From Octopus sinensis (taxonomy: Eukaryota), in assembly GCF_006345805.1 (NCBI RefSeq), contig NC_042998.1, positions 56,916,001 through 56,980,000 on the forward strand: a DNA stretch of 64,000 nt, read 5' to 3'. How positions within the stretch are numbered: position 1 is the first letter of the stretch; each line of letters starts with the position of its first letter. The translations under genes were made by a program, and so were the position numbers. Of the stretch, positions 1 through 14,311 are shown one piece after another. The notes under the pieces are model-generated. The model made no database searches and was not told where the DNA came from. It saw only the letters and a program-made list of their open reading frames with translations.

Positions 1-274
1 AAAATAATATGCACACATAGACAATAATACTTATATTGCGAAAGTGTCACAAATTGGGACTGAACACAAAATCATGCGGTTGGAAAGCAAATTCCTTACC
101 GCACCGCCATGTATATTTATGCATTATTATACATACATTTGTTGTCCACTAGTATTTAAGTATAAAAACAAGGGCACGCACACACACAAACATATACATA
201 CACACACATCCACGCACACGCCCATGCACACACACATACACACACACACACGCACACACACACACACACACACA

Positions 275-506
275 TGTGGCCTAGTGGTTAGGCTGTTGTA
301 TTCACGATCACTAGATCGTGGGTTCGATTCCCTGACTGGGCGGCGCGTTGTGTTCTTTAGCAAAAACTCTTCAGTTCACGTTAGGGAAAATGTAGGCCTG
401 CTCACGTAGCCAACGGGGTGGCATCATTTGAAGGCTAAAACAATGCAAAAGTGCATTGTAAGCAGTGGTGTGTAACAGCATCTAAAAGCCTGGTTTGTCC
501 CGTGAT

Positions 507-510
<4 letters not shown>
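275..510 (+). mobile_element. tRNA-derived SINE copy
   Basis: A-box-like TGGCCTAGTGG and B-box GGTTCGATTCC followed by a non-tRNA body; flanked by (CA)n and (TA)n. Confidence 0.65.
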
Positions 511-553
<43 letters not shown>

Positions 554-1179
554 ATATACATATATGTATATGCGTATATGTGTGTATGTTGTGTGTGTGT
601 GTGTGTAAATGGCATTTATATAAGCTTAAAGCTTATGGCGATCACCGTGCAATGACTGAGGAAAATAGTCTAAGAAAGGGGCATATAAGCCCCCTGCAGA
701 AAAAAAGGTTTTCCTATCCGCGTGGAACTCGAACCCACATCCCTTTGTTAACGCGACTGAGTTACCTTTACAGCTGCTCGGAAAAATATATAATTTTTTT
801 ACGAGGAATAACATTAGATCGACAGACCTGTCACTCTCTTTCTGTCTCCATCATGTTCTCTTTGTCTTTTACGCCTTTCCCTTCTCTATATATATGTATA
901 CCACACTATATCATTCTCTGTCTCTGTCTGTCTGTCTGTCTCTCTCTCTGTATGTATATCTGTCACACATGCTGATTTTCCCTCTCTCTTGACATATGTA
1001 ATTGCTTTTAATTTGTTTACATCTTCGTAGATGTTATGTTTTTACTTTCTCAATGTGATAGACAGCTATCACGCACAAAATGCTTGCTTCCAAATCCTGC
1101 TTTCTGGTTGAGTAAAAATTATCAGAATTTAAATCTCTCTAGCATTTTTCTAAAATTGTTTCTGGAATAAATATATTAC

Positions 1180-2405
1180 AAAATCATACACTGGATTAAG
1201 TATTTCCTGGCGAATAGAACACAACATGTTGTAGTTGATGGAGTCCACTCAAGCCCAGCAAAAGTCACCAGCGGTGTTCCCCAGGGGACTGTTTTGGGTC
1301 CGCTACTCTTCATAATTTACATAAACGACCTTTCCAGTGTCGTACATTACTGCAAAGTGAAAATATTTGTTGATAACACTAAGCTCCAGCAAATTGTCAA
1401 TGAAGAAGCAGACCGAACTCAACTCCAGTCTGATCTATATGCTGTGAGTCAATGGGCAGACAGAAACAAAATGCAACTGAATGAGGGAAAATTTGAGCTG
1501 ATGCATTTTGGAAGAAATTCCTCACTAAAACAACCATACTCTCTTCCTTCAGGGGAACCGCTCACAGCCTCTAACAATACCAGAGACCTGGGTGTAATTG
1601 TTGATGACGATTTCAGTTGGAGTGCACACATCAACAAGAAGGTCGATATAGCTCGTAGGATGAGTTACTGGATCTTAAGAACTTTCCGGTCCAGAGAACA
1701 AGGTGTCATCATACCACTTTTCTCCTCCTTTGTACGGCCACACCTTGAATACTGCTGCCCACTGTGGTCCCCCCATACAAGGCAAAACATCTCCAGAATT
1801 GAGTCACCCCAGAGGGCACTCACTAAACGAATTGAAGACATGGCTGCTCTCGATTATTGGGATCGCCTTAAAGCCTTGAAACTTTACTCCCTCCAGCGTC
1901 GCCGTGAGCGGTACATCATTTGTACGATGTGGAGAATATACTACCAACTTTGCCCAAACGACCTTAACATTAGCTTCAAGGTTCATCCAAGACTTGGACC
2001 ACGGGCCATAAGTCCCCTGCCCAATTCAAGACCACAACATACATGTACACTGCAACATAATTTCTTTTCCTCAACAGGCCCTGCCCTATTTAACATTGTC
2101 CCGAGGGAGATCAAAGAGGAAAAGGATCCCATCAACTTTAAACGGAGTCTGGATAGATTCCTTCAAAGAATATCAGATAAGCCACCCATAATTGGATACA
2201 ACTCACCCAACAAGAACTCACTACTTGAACAAAAATTGATACAACTCACCCAACAAGAACTCACTACTTGAACAAAACTTGACCTAAACAAAACTTGACT
2301 TAAACAGGATTCGAATAACCCTATCAGGTGGTGCTATTAAGTTAGACATGGCCTGGACCAATCTTTGGTCGAAACATATCTAAGTTATCTAAGTTATCTA
2401 AGTTA
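1180..2405 (+). mobile_element. 5'-truncated CR1/L2-group (Jockey superclade) LINE: RT C-terminal half plus 3' UTR
   Basis: Frame reads IHWIKYFLANRTQHVVVDG..VTSGVPQGTVLGPLLFIIYINDL..KIFVDNTKL..DLGVIVD..FVRPHLEYCCPLWSP..LQRRRER. It ends in a GACC-N7-GGTC stem-loop and a (TCTAAGTTA)3 tail. Confidence 0.9.
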
Positions 2406-2655
2406 TTTAGCATGTAAATGTACATCGATATGCCAAATTGGAAAATTTTCACTTAATTCTAAAACTTTAAAATCTGTGACGGCAACAGAAAATATCTCCT
2501 TTTGTCTGTCTCTGTCATTTACGCGTTTCTCATTGTAAACTTCCCCCTCCCTATATTTATTACACTTTCTCTCACGTTTTCCTTGCGTATGTATATCGCT
2601 CACACTGTGTGTATGCTCATGTGTGCGTGAATTCTCTCTCTCTCGCGCGCGCGCG

Positions 2656-2688
<33 letters not shown>

Positions 2689-3074
2689 TGTGTGTGAGTG
2701 TATGTGTATGTGTGTGCGTGTGCGTGCGTGTGTCAGTGTGTATGTATGCACGTGTGTAAGGAATTTTGTTCGAGCGGCAGAGTCGAAAGACCCTTCCAAA
2801 GCATCAGCAGCGAGCTAAGAAAAGTCTTTACATCTATGCACCAGATGGAAAATACAAAACCTTAGTGTGTATATATATATACACATTATAAATTGCTTCA
2901 TATAATACAGAAATCTGTCCTGATCAAGACGCATATCCGTCGAAAACATGGCTTGACATGGAATAAAAATAGACATGAAATGAAAGCATTCTATTGCAAA
3001 AAGCTGTCCGGAAACGACGGCATACTCAGCTAGTCTTTTTATGTTTATATATATATATACATATATACATACAT

Positions 3075-3141
<67 letters not shown>

Positions 3142-3335
3142 GTTTATCTTATGAACGTCTGAATTAAAGATGTATTCAACTTGGGAAGTGGAGCGCATGA
3201 ATCTCGGGTTGCAGAATGAGTGCTTATGCATAGAAATGTGTTGTTTCACGGTGTTTACTGTGGCGCCAATCTAAACCTGCTATTATACAATTGCAGTAGA
3301 TATAGGCGCCACAGTTAACTCCGCAAAACCTCGTC

Positions 3336-3343
3336 TATATATT

Positions 3344-3422
<79 letters not shown>
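3336..3422. repeat. (TA)n microsatellite
   Basis: Direct inspection. Confidence 0.95.
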
Positions 3423-3423
<1 letters not shown>

Positions 3424-4009
3424 CATAACATAAATATGCATATATACATACTTATATGTACATACCTACATATTTTTGTAAACATACATGCATATATGGG
3501 TACAGAACATCAAAAAATCTTGAACACAATGAGAAACGAAAACTTTAAAAACAAAATCATAGAAACGAACTTTTTTTCGAACAACGAAGAAACAGAGAAA
3601 CGAGACATACAACATAATGAACATTCCCCATTCTTCAGTTGTCCTTGTTTCAACTACTCCACTTTTTCGAAGGCAAGGACAAGACGCGACTTTGTTGAAA
3701 CAGTCCTTCCCGCAAAACAAATTAAATAAAATTTGGAATTTTGTGCGGAGGGTGAAAGTGGTAACAAGAACAGGGCAGTGAGAACTGGACAGTGAAAACA
3801 AAATAGTAAAAACAAAAGGTGAAGGCTGTTATGCCAAGACGATAGAAAAATTATATATATATAAGTGTGAGAAAGAATAAGTTCAAGTAGAACAATTCAA
3901 ACTTTTTGGGGAGTCCAAAAGAGGAAATATTTCTAATAAATATTCATCATATTCAAAAAGATAGCCTGCTAGAGCAAACTATTAAAATTCGAAAATACCA
4001 AGTAATAGT

Positions 4010-4570
4010 TCGTTACAGGCATGTATAACATAAAATCTTATATAAAATCCTATAAACAATAATAAAAATTGGGAAGAGATGTTAAAAGTTCAAAATAGAG
4101 TTTAATATCCACATACGACCCTTTCAAAGGGCAATACAAATATGTAAGAAAAAAAACATTAATTATGATAATAATAATAAAAATTATGTATCACCATTCT
4201 CGTCAGTGTAGAAAAATTTTAGGAAAACATAAAAAAAGTATTAGCAAAAAAAAATCTAGAAGGAAAAACAAATAGGGTAATACGGAAATTTGCAAATAAC
4301 TTATAAAAAGGGAAAAATAAGAGAAAGAAAAACAAGTCAATGTATTTTCGAGTCTATCTGTGCAGAAAACTATAAACTAATCTGGCCAACGGATATATTT
4401 AGATATTAATATAACTAATGTTTTTTCTTACATATTTGTATTGCCCTTTGAAACGGTCGTATGTGGATTTCAAATTTTACTTTGAACTTTTAACATCTCT
4501 TCTCCGTTTTTATTATTGTTTCTTGTGTTTTATATAAGATTTTATCTTATACATGCCTATAACGTAGTTT
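4010..4570. repeat. Diverged inverted repeat (~150-bp arms), probably Penelope-type terminal repeat
   Basis: CATACGACCCTTTCAAAGGGCAATACAAATATGTAAGAAAA (~4110-4150) is mirrored by TTTTCTTACATATTTGTATTGCCCTTTGAAACGGTCGTATG (~4424-4465); ACAGGCATGTATAACATAAAATCTTATATAAAA is mirrored near 4530-4562. Confidence 0.75.
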
Positions 4571-4977
4571 TTACTATATATATATATATATATACATGTG
4601 TGTATGTGTATGTGTGCGTGTGTGTACATGACTAATATAAAGAAGGGATCTGTTATAGCGTGTGTAGTCCCCTATAAACAAAAAGGCGGATGATCTTAGG
4701 TAGCAAGGTTTCACTAGGGCTCTGTTCAGTTAGAGCTAAGCAATAACAACAACGATGTTTCCAGTCAATAAAGAATCACCTAGATAAATAATTGCCAACA
4801 ATTCTTCTGCCATATGCTCTACAGCTTGGTATAAATCTTACCATTTACCCAAACACTCCAACCCCCCAGAAAAGAAGAAACAATTGCAAAATAATCTTTA
4901 TATATAAAAGCCCACGTCGCACCACAAGAGTTATCTTTAGGATAGCGTACTGCACTCACTCACTCACTGATACACAA

Positions 4978-5011
<34 letters not shown>

Positions 5012-6063
5012 GTAAATTGTACAAAATGACAATCTTGAATCAGTTAATCAACAAAACTCAGTTCATGTCTGTCGTTAATGGATGGATTTAATTTCTTAAT
5101 TGGGATAACTTCTTTAATTCTTAAATTTTCAAAATTTTACAACTTCATGAACTTTGAAATGGAGCATCCCGCCCGCTCGACACTGGATTTCTTTTTACTC
5201 GATATCTTATTGTAAATTACGGAGAAGGAATCTTTTAATACTAAATTCAACAGAAAAGCTGCCTGTAGAACTGATCATACAATATGGATCAGCCTTTCGT
5301 ATAAGAATCATAGTATCATACCGAAAAAGTGAAATATTACTTGTTCACTATAGATGCAGGTTAAGCACGCGATAGGATCACTAGCAGCAAATTATTTTAA
5401 AGGGTTAAAATGGATAACGGCCTACTAGTATCCTTTTCGAGACACTGGCTTGATAAAATAAACTTTCAACAGGAATCATCCCTCCAATAACACTACTACG
5501 CTTTAATTAAAGAACAATTGATGCATTCCACCAAGTGTATACTAGGGCTGAATATACAGCTTAGGTACCTCTCTGAGAAAAAAGACTTCTGTGGCAGCAA
5601 CAATGTTTATACGTTAGCCAACTTTCCCATCAGCCAGCTTGACATATACTTACAGGTCAATTATAGTATACCATATCCACTGTAATAAATTTAGTGGTTG
5701 TTATATCTGTAGCATCATTCGCAACTGCACATTCGCTTTGAAGAACGCATTTATGCAAATTCTATCTCCTTAAAATCACCTGTAGAGAAGTCATAACAGG
5801 AATATCATGAAAGACACTGAACGAATTATGGGAAATACAAAAAAAAAAAAAAGAATTAAAAACGCAATCCTGATTAAGTTAACTACATCATCTAAGAGCA
5901 TACACGTTCTGCATTAATTTTTCCTGTGTTAGCATCTGAAGAATAAGTGCATTATTATTTTCATCTGTGCACACACAGCTAACTTGTCTTCTGTTGTCTT
6001 GGCAAGGGATTTTTATTTCCGAAATATTGAAACTAAATCACAAGGTAAAGATATTTTAATATG

Positions 6064-6571
<508 letters not shown>

Positions 6572-6661
6572 CATGTATACAATTCCAAAAACAAAAATAA
6601 AACAGCTAAAACTGTAAATTAATTTTCTTTAGTTTCTATTCACACACCCATCAAGAGATAA

Positions 6662-6697
<36 letters not shown>

Positions 6698-7170
6698 TGA
6701 GAGTGTGAGAGAGAAAGAAAGAGAGAGAGTGTGTGAAAGCGAGAGAGAGGGGAGGGAATAAATGAATGAGCGAGAGAGAGGGAAGGAGTGAGAGAAGTAG
6801 AGATACATATTTTACATAACCACGATCCTCACTTATCCATTAGCGTATTGATTTTTTTCACAGAATTATAATTAATAATACGCCTAAATATTTGTTGTGC
6901 AAGATTTTTTATGTGAAGTCGTGTGTTGAAACAGATATTGTTATATTTCGGAATGGTCATATTGCCAGTGTAGCCAATAAAAACACACGCACTATATTTA
7001 ATATTAATAAGTTTTGCCATTTATGGTACATACATACATACATATATACATACATCATACATACATACATACATACATGTGTGTGTTTGAACATAGGTAA
7101 GTATATATATAGGGAAACTTCACAAAAACAAGAGGAAGACAGGTGGTGTAGACAACAAACAGACAGGTAA

Positions 7171-7268
<98 letters not shown>

Positions 7269-7515
7269 GTGTTCATATGTGTGTATGTGAGTGTGTATGA
7301 GTTTGTGTATACCTGCCATTGCGTATAACTTCTCCCTTATTATTATTTATTATTTTGTTTTTAGATATATATCTATTATATTTATGCATATTTAACTCGT
7401 AACATTCAATTTTGCAAAACATGTCTGGCGCAACTTCTTCAGTACCGGGTCATAATCAAACATATCAAGGTCTTCTAATAATTTGAGGTCAGATTTTTCT
7501 GCAAAATGTTACATA

Positions 7516-7680
7516 TAGGCGCAGGAGTGGCTGTGTGGTAATTAGCTTGCTAACCAGCCACATGGTTCCGGGTTCAGTCCCACTGCGTGGCATCTTGGGC
7601 AAGTGTCTTCTGCTATAGCCTCGGGCCGACCAAAGCCTTGTGAGTGGATTTGGTAGACGGAAACTGAAAGAAGCCTGTCG

Positions 7681-7721
<41 letters not shown>

Positions 7722-7928
7722 GTGTTTGTGTGTCTGTGTTTGTCCCCCTAGCATTGCTTGGCAACCGATGCTGGTGTGTTTATGTCCCCGTCACTTAGCG
7801 GTTCGGCAAAGGAGACCGATAGAATAAGTACTGGGCTTACAAAAGAATAAGTCCCGGGGTCGAGTTGCTCGATTAAAAGGCGGTGCTCCAGCATGGCCGC
7901 AGTCAAATCACTGAAACAAGTAAAAGAG
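7516..7928 (+). mobile_element. tRNA-derived SINE family A, full length
   Basis: Colinear with 6064-6571 and 50441-50850. Confidence 0.85.
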
Positions 7929-8254
7929 TATACGCTACTATAACGGCGTTTTCAATCGGTGGTATGTACTGTTGGAACGAAAGTGGTAGAGTTGTCTATT
8001 TTACATGTGGTCTGCATATATACGTATAAATACGGTAGTTTTGTTTTGTCTGCTTCTTGGGAAACACGTAAACACGGACACACACACTTGAAATATACTC
8101 AGCTTAGCCACAGATCCACCCCAGTCTATATACCCTCACATCAACAATTATAACATATTTCTGAATATACGAGGTGTCATATGATAGTAAATAACACTTT
8201 TTTCTAAATCTCAAGTGTGTAGTTTAGAAAAATCCCTACACACATACGTTTTAA

Positions 8255-8336
<82 letters not shown>

Positions 8337-8369
8337 ATGTATGTAACAATACATACAGGTTCATATACG

Positions 8370-8402
<33 letters not shown>

Positions 8403-8713
8403 ACATGCATACATATATATACATACATATACTTATATTTGTGTGTCTATACATATAAACAAACGCGAGCACGCACTTATATGTGTATATACACACATAT
8501 ATACATATATGTAAGTATATATATGTATATATATATATACATATACATATATGCGTGTGTGTATGTATATATATATATATGTGTGTGTGTATATATATAT
8601 ATATGTGTGTGTGTGTATATATATATATACATACATATATACATATATGTATGTGTGCATATATATATATATAATACATATATATATATATGTGTGTGTG
8701 TATGTATATATAT

Positions 8714-8756
<43 letters not shown>

Positions 8757-8810
8757 TACACATATATACATATATACATATATGTATGTGTGCATATATA
8801 TATATATAAA
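8255..8810. repeat. Compound (CA)n/(TA)n/(TG)n microsatellite
   Basis: Direct inspection; explains six overlapping low-complexity ORFs. Confidence 0.95.
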
Positions 8811-9246
8811 CTTTCCGTTTCAAGGCATTTTTCTGATTATTAACACATGATAACAATAAACAACAAAATAATACCAAAACTCAGGACTACCAAACATATC
8901 AAAAAAGATGTTTTTTAACGACTGGAACAGGATTTTAAAAATAAACAACGGAAGCAGAATGGATGATGGCAGATGGGGTAATTACTGATTGAAACGATAA
9001 TCTATAAACAAGGCTAGATTCTAGAGACAACAGCATATCAATGTTAAGTCTTAAGTCTCGTATCTTATAAGGTCATAGGGGCCTCAGAGAATACTTCGAC
9101 TTTATCTCTTATATCTAGACTCGTTGTTGTTATTGTTGTTGTTGTTGTTCAACTGTTGGTAAGTCCTGATTGAGAAGACCTATGATCAAAGTCGTTCCAA
9201 ATGTTAGCATCTTGTTATTTTGTATTATTTTGTATATTTTGTATAT

Positions 9247-9540
9247 ATAGGTGCAAGTATGGTTTTGTGGGTAAGAAGTTTGCCTTTGCAACGATGTGGT
9301 TTGAGGTTTCAATCCAACTGCGTGCTATGTTGGGGAAGTGTCTTCTACTACCGAGCCTCTGGTCCAGCAATGCCCAGTTAATGAATTTGGTCGAAGGAAA
9401 CTGTGAAGAATCCCGTTGTATACAGATTTGTGTGTGTGTGTGTGCGTGGTAGGATTTGTTTAGGTCCCTGTAACTTGACGGTTCGGCAAAAGAGACAAAA
9501 CAAAATTAAATACTGAAACAAGTAAAAGAATAAAAGAATA
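9247..9540 (+). mobile_element. Degenerate SINE family A copy
   Basis: Diverged head, GGGGAAGTGTCTTCTACTA, GGAAACTGTGAAGAATCCCGTTGTATA and GGTTCGGCAAAAGAGAC motifs. Confidence 0.65.
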
Positions 9541-9911
9541 GGACTGCATTGTCGAATATGTAATTTCTTTTCAATTTGCTGGTCGACCGACCACATAACA
9601 GCGCATTCCCCACATTCTGACCATATCAAGTCATATTAACACATTAGATAGATGGGTCCCGTCTCTTTCTACGATATTAAATTAAAAACAAAAGCAACCC
9701 CCGGAGGCAAGTCTGAGTTTGGCTGTTCAAATCATGTAGGATATGAGAGAGAAATCATCTCCTGAACAGATCATTGGTGATTCGTAGGTTACGTCCCAAT
9801 ATTATATGGTATCTGTTTCCACAGCTATGTGAACTGAAGCAATCTTGAATGAAATGTCCTGCTCAGATACACCACAAAGCATTTGTATTAGATTTGAACT
9901 CATGACTTATA

Positions 9912-10467
9912 TTGGGTTGTCCGGTAAGTTCTTGCCGATTCATAGTAGCTTACCTTTTAGAACATGGTTGAGTCCATAAAATAGGATTTGACTACAACTC
10001 CATTTAGATCATAGTTTAAGCTATCTTTTCGTGGAAGAAGGTTTATGTTCCTATAACCTGTGTTAATTCTCTAACCCTTTAAAATGGAAGATAAGAAAGT
10101 TCATTTTCGGCACTTGATGCTTTGGGAACCAGACAAAAATTGCTGCAGCTCGGCTGGGATGTGTTACCCCACCCTCCATATTCACCAGATAATGCTCCTT
10201 CGGATTTCCACTTATTCAGGTCTCTGCAGAATAGTCGTAATGGTAGAAATTTCAATTCCTTGGATGACGCAAAAAGAGACCTTGATGAATTTTTTGCAAT
10301 GAAATCACCTCAGTTCTGGGAAAAGGGTATTTTCAAGTTAAAGGAAAGATGGAGACACATTGTGCAACAAAATGGTTCGTATTTGGTTGATTAAAAATGT
10401 AATGGCAAGTATTTATTGACCTTTTTCTTTCCTTTAAAAATCGGCACGAACTTTCCGGACAAATCAA
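9912..10467 (+). mobile_element. Internally deleted mariner (DD34D) element with both TIRs
   Basis: TA-TTGGGTTGTCCGGTAAGTTCTTGCCGATT ... AATCGGCACGAACTTTCCGGACAAATCAA-TA. N-terminus MEDKKVHFRHLMLW is joined out of frame to C-terminus LGWDVLPHPPYSPDNAPSDFHLFRSLQN. Confidence 0.9.
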
Positions 10468-11252
10468 TACTTTCAAGCGTTACTCAAACGAGAAATTGCT
10501 CTCAGAGTTGCTAGCTATGGAAATGCTCTTCAATCTTTCTCGGCGTCACTGTTTGCTGCCTCTTATAAACGAAAGTTAATCCAGCTCTAGGTTATCTATA
10601 TCTTACTAGTTGGTATAAGACATTTGAGGTTGCAGCGTCTTGTCTATATGGACAAAACCCAGTACTGTGGGTAGAATACTTACTGGCGGTTTTTAAACTG
10701 TTTGGCTGGTAGATTCTCGACTGAGCTGGCTGCGACAATCGTACCTAGTGACGGATCTGTTCATAAGATGTTTTGAATTCATCACTACGAAACTAGAGAA
10801 AATAATAGTGAAATATTATAATGCTGGTCACTCTGCCCCTACCTATATACTGCCATTAAAATAACTGCAGACAAGCGTTCGGCGGGTGGCAGACTCATGC
10901 CGTCTCGACTTACTCAGCTGTGACATTGTTGTTTATTGTCGTCGTCGTTACTGTTTTTAGCTACACATCAGCTACGACCGAGCAGAATATTAATAAAAAA
11001 TAAAGCGTTCCTCTCGCATCTTTTTTTTTTTTTTGTATCCGGACTATTTTTTCTTGTTTATGTATTGTGTTGCTTTTGTTTTATATATCTAGAAATGCTT
11101 CATGCAGCGTGTTTATCTGTTTTTATAAAAGAGAGCCATATTATTTGAGTGAAATCCGACTGCTGTATCTAGAGGTATCGACATTTAGAGGTACTTTCGA
11201 TGGCTCGAGCTTCCTTGGGTTAGTTGTTTCGTTGTTGCTTAACTCCAGGTTA

Positions 11253-11773
11253 CCGTAAATCCTCGTGTATAATCCGCATTTCCCCCCCAAAATTTAAAGG
11301 TCAAAATCCCTAGTACGTACTATATACGAGGTTAAAAAGGAAAATTATTTTCTAAGCAATGTCCGAATCTCTATTTGCTGCCCAGCAATGTTTATTCAGA
11401 CGCATTTTGTGAAGTCGGGCAGGAAAATACCTTAAGCTAAGCCTGAAAGCAATGAAGTCATAAAACAATCATCCATAACTTGCAATAAGCAACATTTATT
11501 AAACGTTATTACTGTTATTAATGTTATTTCTTTATTTTCTGCAAACAAAATGCACTAAAAAGCTACACGTTTGCATTATGTTATATATACAATAATAATA
11601 AAGGACGTTACCGTATACATTTTTACAAACCAAGGACGTTATATAGACCTCCTTGACTCAAGTTAGAGAAGGGGTGCGTATTATACACAAGGTTTAGGTT
11701 TTTCAGAGGTTCAGCCCCCTAAAAAACCCCTGCGTATTATACTCAAGGGCGGACTATACTCGAGGATTTACGG
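11253..11773. mobile_element. MITE, Tc1/mariner superfamily (pogo/Tigger-like termini)
   Basis: TA-CCGTAAATCCTCGTGTATAATCCGC ... GCGGACTATACTCGAGGATTTACGG-TA; subterminal GCGTATTATAC repeats; no ORF. Confidence 0.85.
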
Positions 11774-12638
11774 TAGTTCAGGGACAACCATTCTGTCTTC
11801 AAGGAATATCTAAGACCATATTATCGAATGGCTTATTTTCTTTTACTTTAAAGATGGTAGTGAATAATTTGGGTGTAGATTTGGCTGCTATGTCTAGCAG
11901 TTACCGATTAAACGGAAGCTCCTTTTTTGGTTGGGGTTATATTAAAGGAAGGAGTTATATGTATTTAGTAGAAGTTGTCATAGTAATTACTAAGAGTAGA
12001 GCCATTCCCTATTGTATTGTATTTTAGATACTTTTTAATTTAAATTCTGAGCTTGTCTCCCTTGTCTTTCTTGGCCAGAATTAACCATTAAGATAATTTT
12101 GTTTTTCTCCTTACTAATTAATTAAAGATTTTGGCTCATTACTTTATGTATGTTTGCACCGAGTATTTGGTAGATTTTGGCGGTCAGCCGTAAAAAGCTG
12201 CTAAGTAGGCCGTGTATCATCTTTATATTTAAACATTAAAATGTATGACATATCACTTGTAAAAAATTCTAATTGTTTACTTTCAATACATTAGCAGTAA
12301 GAACTGATGAGGACAGATGGTGAACTTGGCACTGATATACTAACAACGATGATCATGATGGTGATGGTGGTATTGGTGGTTATGGTGGAAGTTATGGCAG
12401 ATGATTAGGGTGGTAGTGACGTTCGTAGCTGTGGTGGTGGGGATAGAGCCGTTGGAAGTTGTAGCGAAAGTGTTGTTGATAACATTAGGGGCGTTAGTGT
12501 TGGTGCTGGAAGTTGTGGTGATGGAAGTGTTGGCAGGTGTGACGATAGTGCCACAGTAGTAGCAGCTATGGAGTTAGTGGTGGCAGTAGTAGAAGTGGTG
12601 ATGGTGGTGATGGTGTTGGTAGTAGCAGTTGTGTGACC

Positions 12639-12773
12639 GACTTTGCCTTTCATCCTTTCGGGGTCGATAAATTAAGTACTAGTTACGCACTGGGGTCGAT
12701 GTAATCGACTTAATCCGTTTGTCTGTCCTTATTTGCCCCCTCTATGTTTAGCCCCTTGTGGGTAGTAAAGAAA
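12639..12773 (+). mobile_element. SINE family B, 3' half
   Basis: GACTTTGCCTTTCATCCTTTCGGGGTCGATAAATTAAGTAC..AGCCCCTTGTGGGTAGTAAAGAAA. Confidence 0.8.
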
Positions 12774-12776
12774 CAA

Positions 12777-12779
<3 letters not shown>

Positions 12780-12871
<92 letters not shown>

Positions 12872-13130
12872 TCTTCGTAACATAGTGTAGAGAAAAATGC
12901 ACCGGAGTCTAGTCATCTGTCAAGTCACAACAAGGACCCCAGACAGATAATACTTTACTTAAGATGTGCGTTGTGCCCAATAAGGCTGTTTTTTGCAAGA
13001 CATCAATCTTGCATGGGATTTCCAGATGCCTTAAGAAGTCTTGAGTTTCAATGGGATTGAGCCCAACGCTCCGATCACCACTGGCATAACTTTTACATTG
13101 GGTCACTTTTAGACGAACATAACTATACGG
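12780..13130 (-). mobile_element. 3' end of R4/Dong-type (RLE) non-LTR retrotransposon with (AAT)n tail
   Basis: Minus strand reads ..DVLQKTALLGTTHILSKVLS, a typical RLE-clade C-terminus; long (AAT)n tract at 12780-12870 lies 3' of it. Confidence 0.65.
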
Positions 13131-13165
13131 CTGTTTGTATATAAAAAAACACTTACATGCAATAA

Positions 13166-13199
<34 letters not shown>

Positions 13200-14311
13200 T
13201 GTATATGTATGTCTTTAGTAGTCCCATCTTTCCACACACACATCCACACACATATTGTGTCATCCCATAAATAATGCGGGTTTTTTAATACTTTTGTTTT
13301 TCAAATTTAAGATAAAAAAAGTTCTTTTTTTTATCTAAAATATACTCTCCTTCATTTTCTACAACGCTCTTCCATCTTTCTTTCTTGACTTTACTGCCGA
13401 CCGCTAACACGTCTTATGTCCATTTCTTATGTTCCTGCTTTAAGGCTTTCACTTTATACACGCCAGCTCAATTTGATTCGTTTTCAGTCGAAAGACATCT
13501 GTTGTTATATTCTTGTTGTTTGTATTTGTAATTGTGTATCATGTTCCCCGTATTTTGCCTTTCTTGTCGTACACATTCGCTAGCTCTCTTACAAAAATGC
13601 TAATGCTCTTAGCTTAGACTCTTTTGGGGGCAACCAGATCTAACAGTTTCAAGTGTAACTGACCGAAACTGTAAGGACACCTGGCAACTTGACTAACGAA
13701 AGAAGGCCACGAATGGCCCGTCCTTTATTTTCTGTCCCTCTAATTGTTGTTTTTCGTGTCCACCTATCTGTCCGGATGTTTATTGTCCTCTATTGCGCTT
13801 TTGCTCCATTTTTTATATTTATACATACATACATACTTACATACTTACATACATACACGCACGCACACACGCACACGCACGCACGCACACGCACGCACGC
13901 ACACGCACGCACACACACACGCACACGCATGCACGCACACACACACACACACACACACACAGAGGATCTTTTCAGTTTGTCTGCCAATTTTCAATCTCTT
14001 CAATTCGGTAGAATATATATATATATATATATCAACAATTGAGGGTAAAATTAATTAATCAATTTCACCAAGTGTTCAGTATGTAAAAGGACCATTTAAG
14101 GCGAATTCAAAATATTACATTATATAATTAGGGCTTGTAAAATAAATTACTTACTTTGCCACATACTGAACTTAGTAGAAATAGCAGCCAAAAAAAAATT
14201 TTTTTAGCCATTTCTACTACTTAAAGAAAATTTCTCTCAGATAATGCTTACTCCAGACGCTCACGAAGGTTTGGAGGTAAATACAGAAAAATATCACAAG
14301 TACATAGATCG

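Noticed and set aside
700-780. Minus-strand GGGTTCGAGTTCCAC T-arm-like motif
   Set aside because: No full cloverleaf; at most a decayed SINE head, not a tRNA gene
2348-2385. CCTG-GACC-N7-GGTC-GAAAC-ATAT at the LINE 3' end resembling a hammerhead
   Set aside because: No CTGANGA core and no helix I; better explained as the LINE 3' recognition stem-loop
5654-5779. Minus-strand exon-like segment (TCTCTACAG| ... |GTAAGT), 126 bp, as a downstream exon of the coiled-coil gene
   Set aside because: Stops in all three frames; the phase-1 join gives only GDFKEIEFA*. It cannot be supported without RNA data
10684-10792. Minus-strand exon-like segment with GTAAGT donor
   Set aside because: The strong acceptors lead to stops; only a weak acceptor (~10745) gives an open phase-1 frame of 21 codons with no recognisable motif
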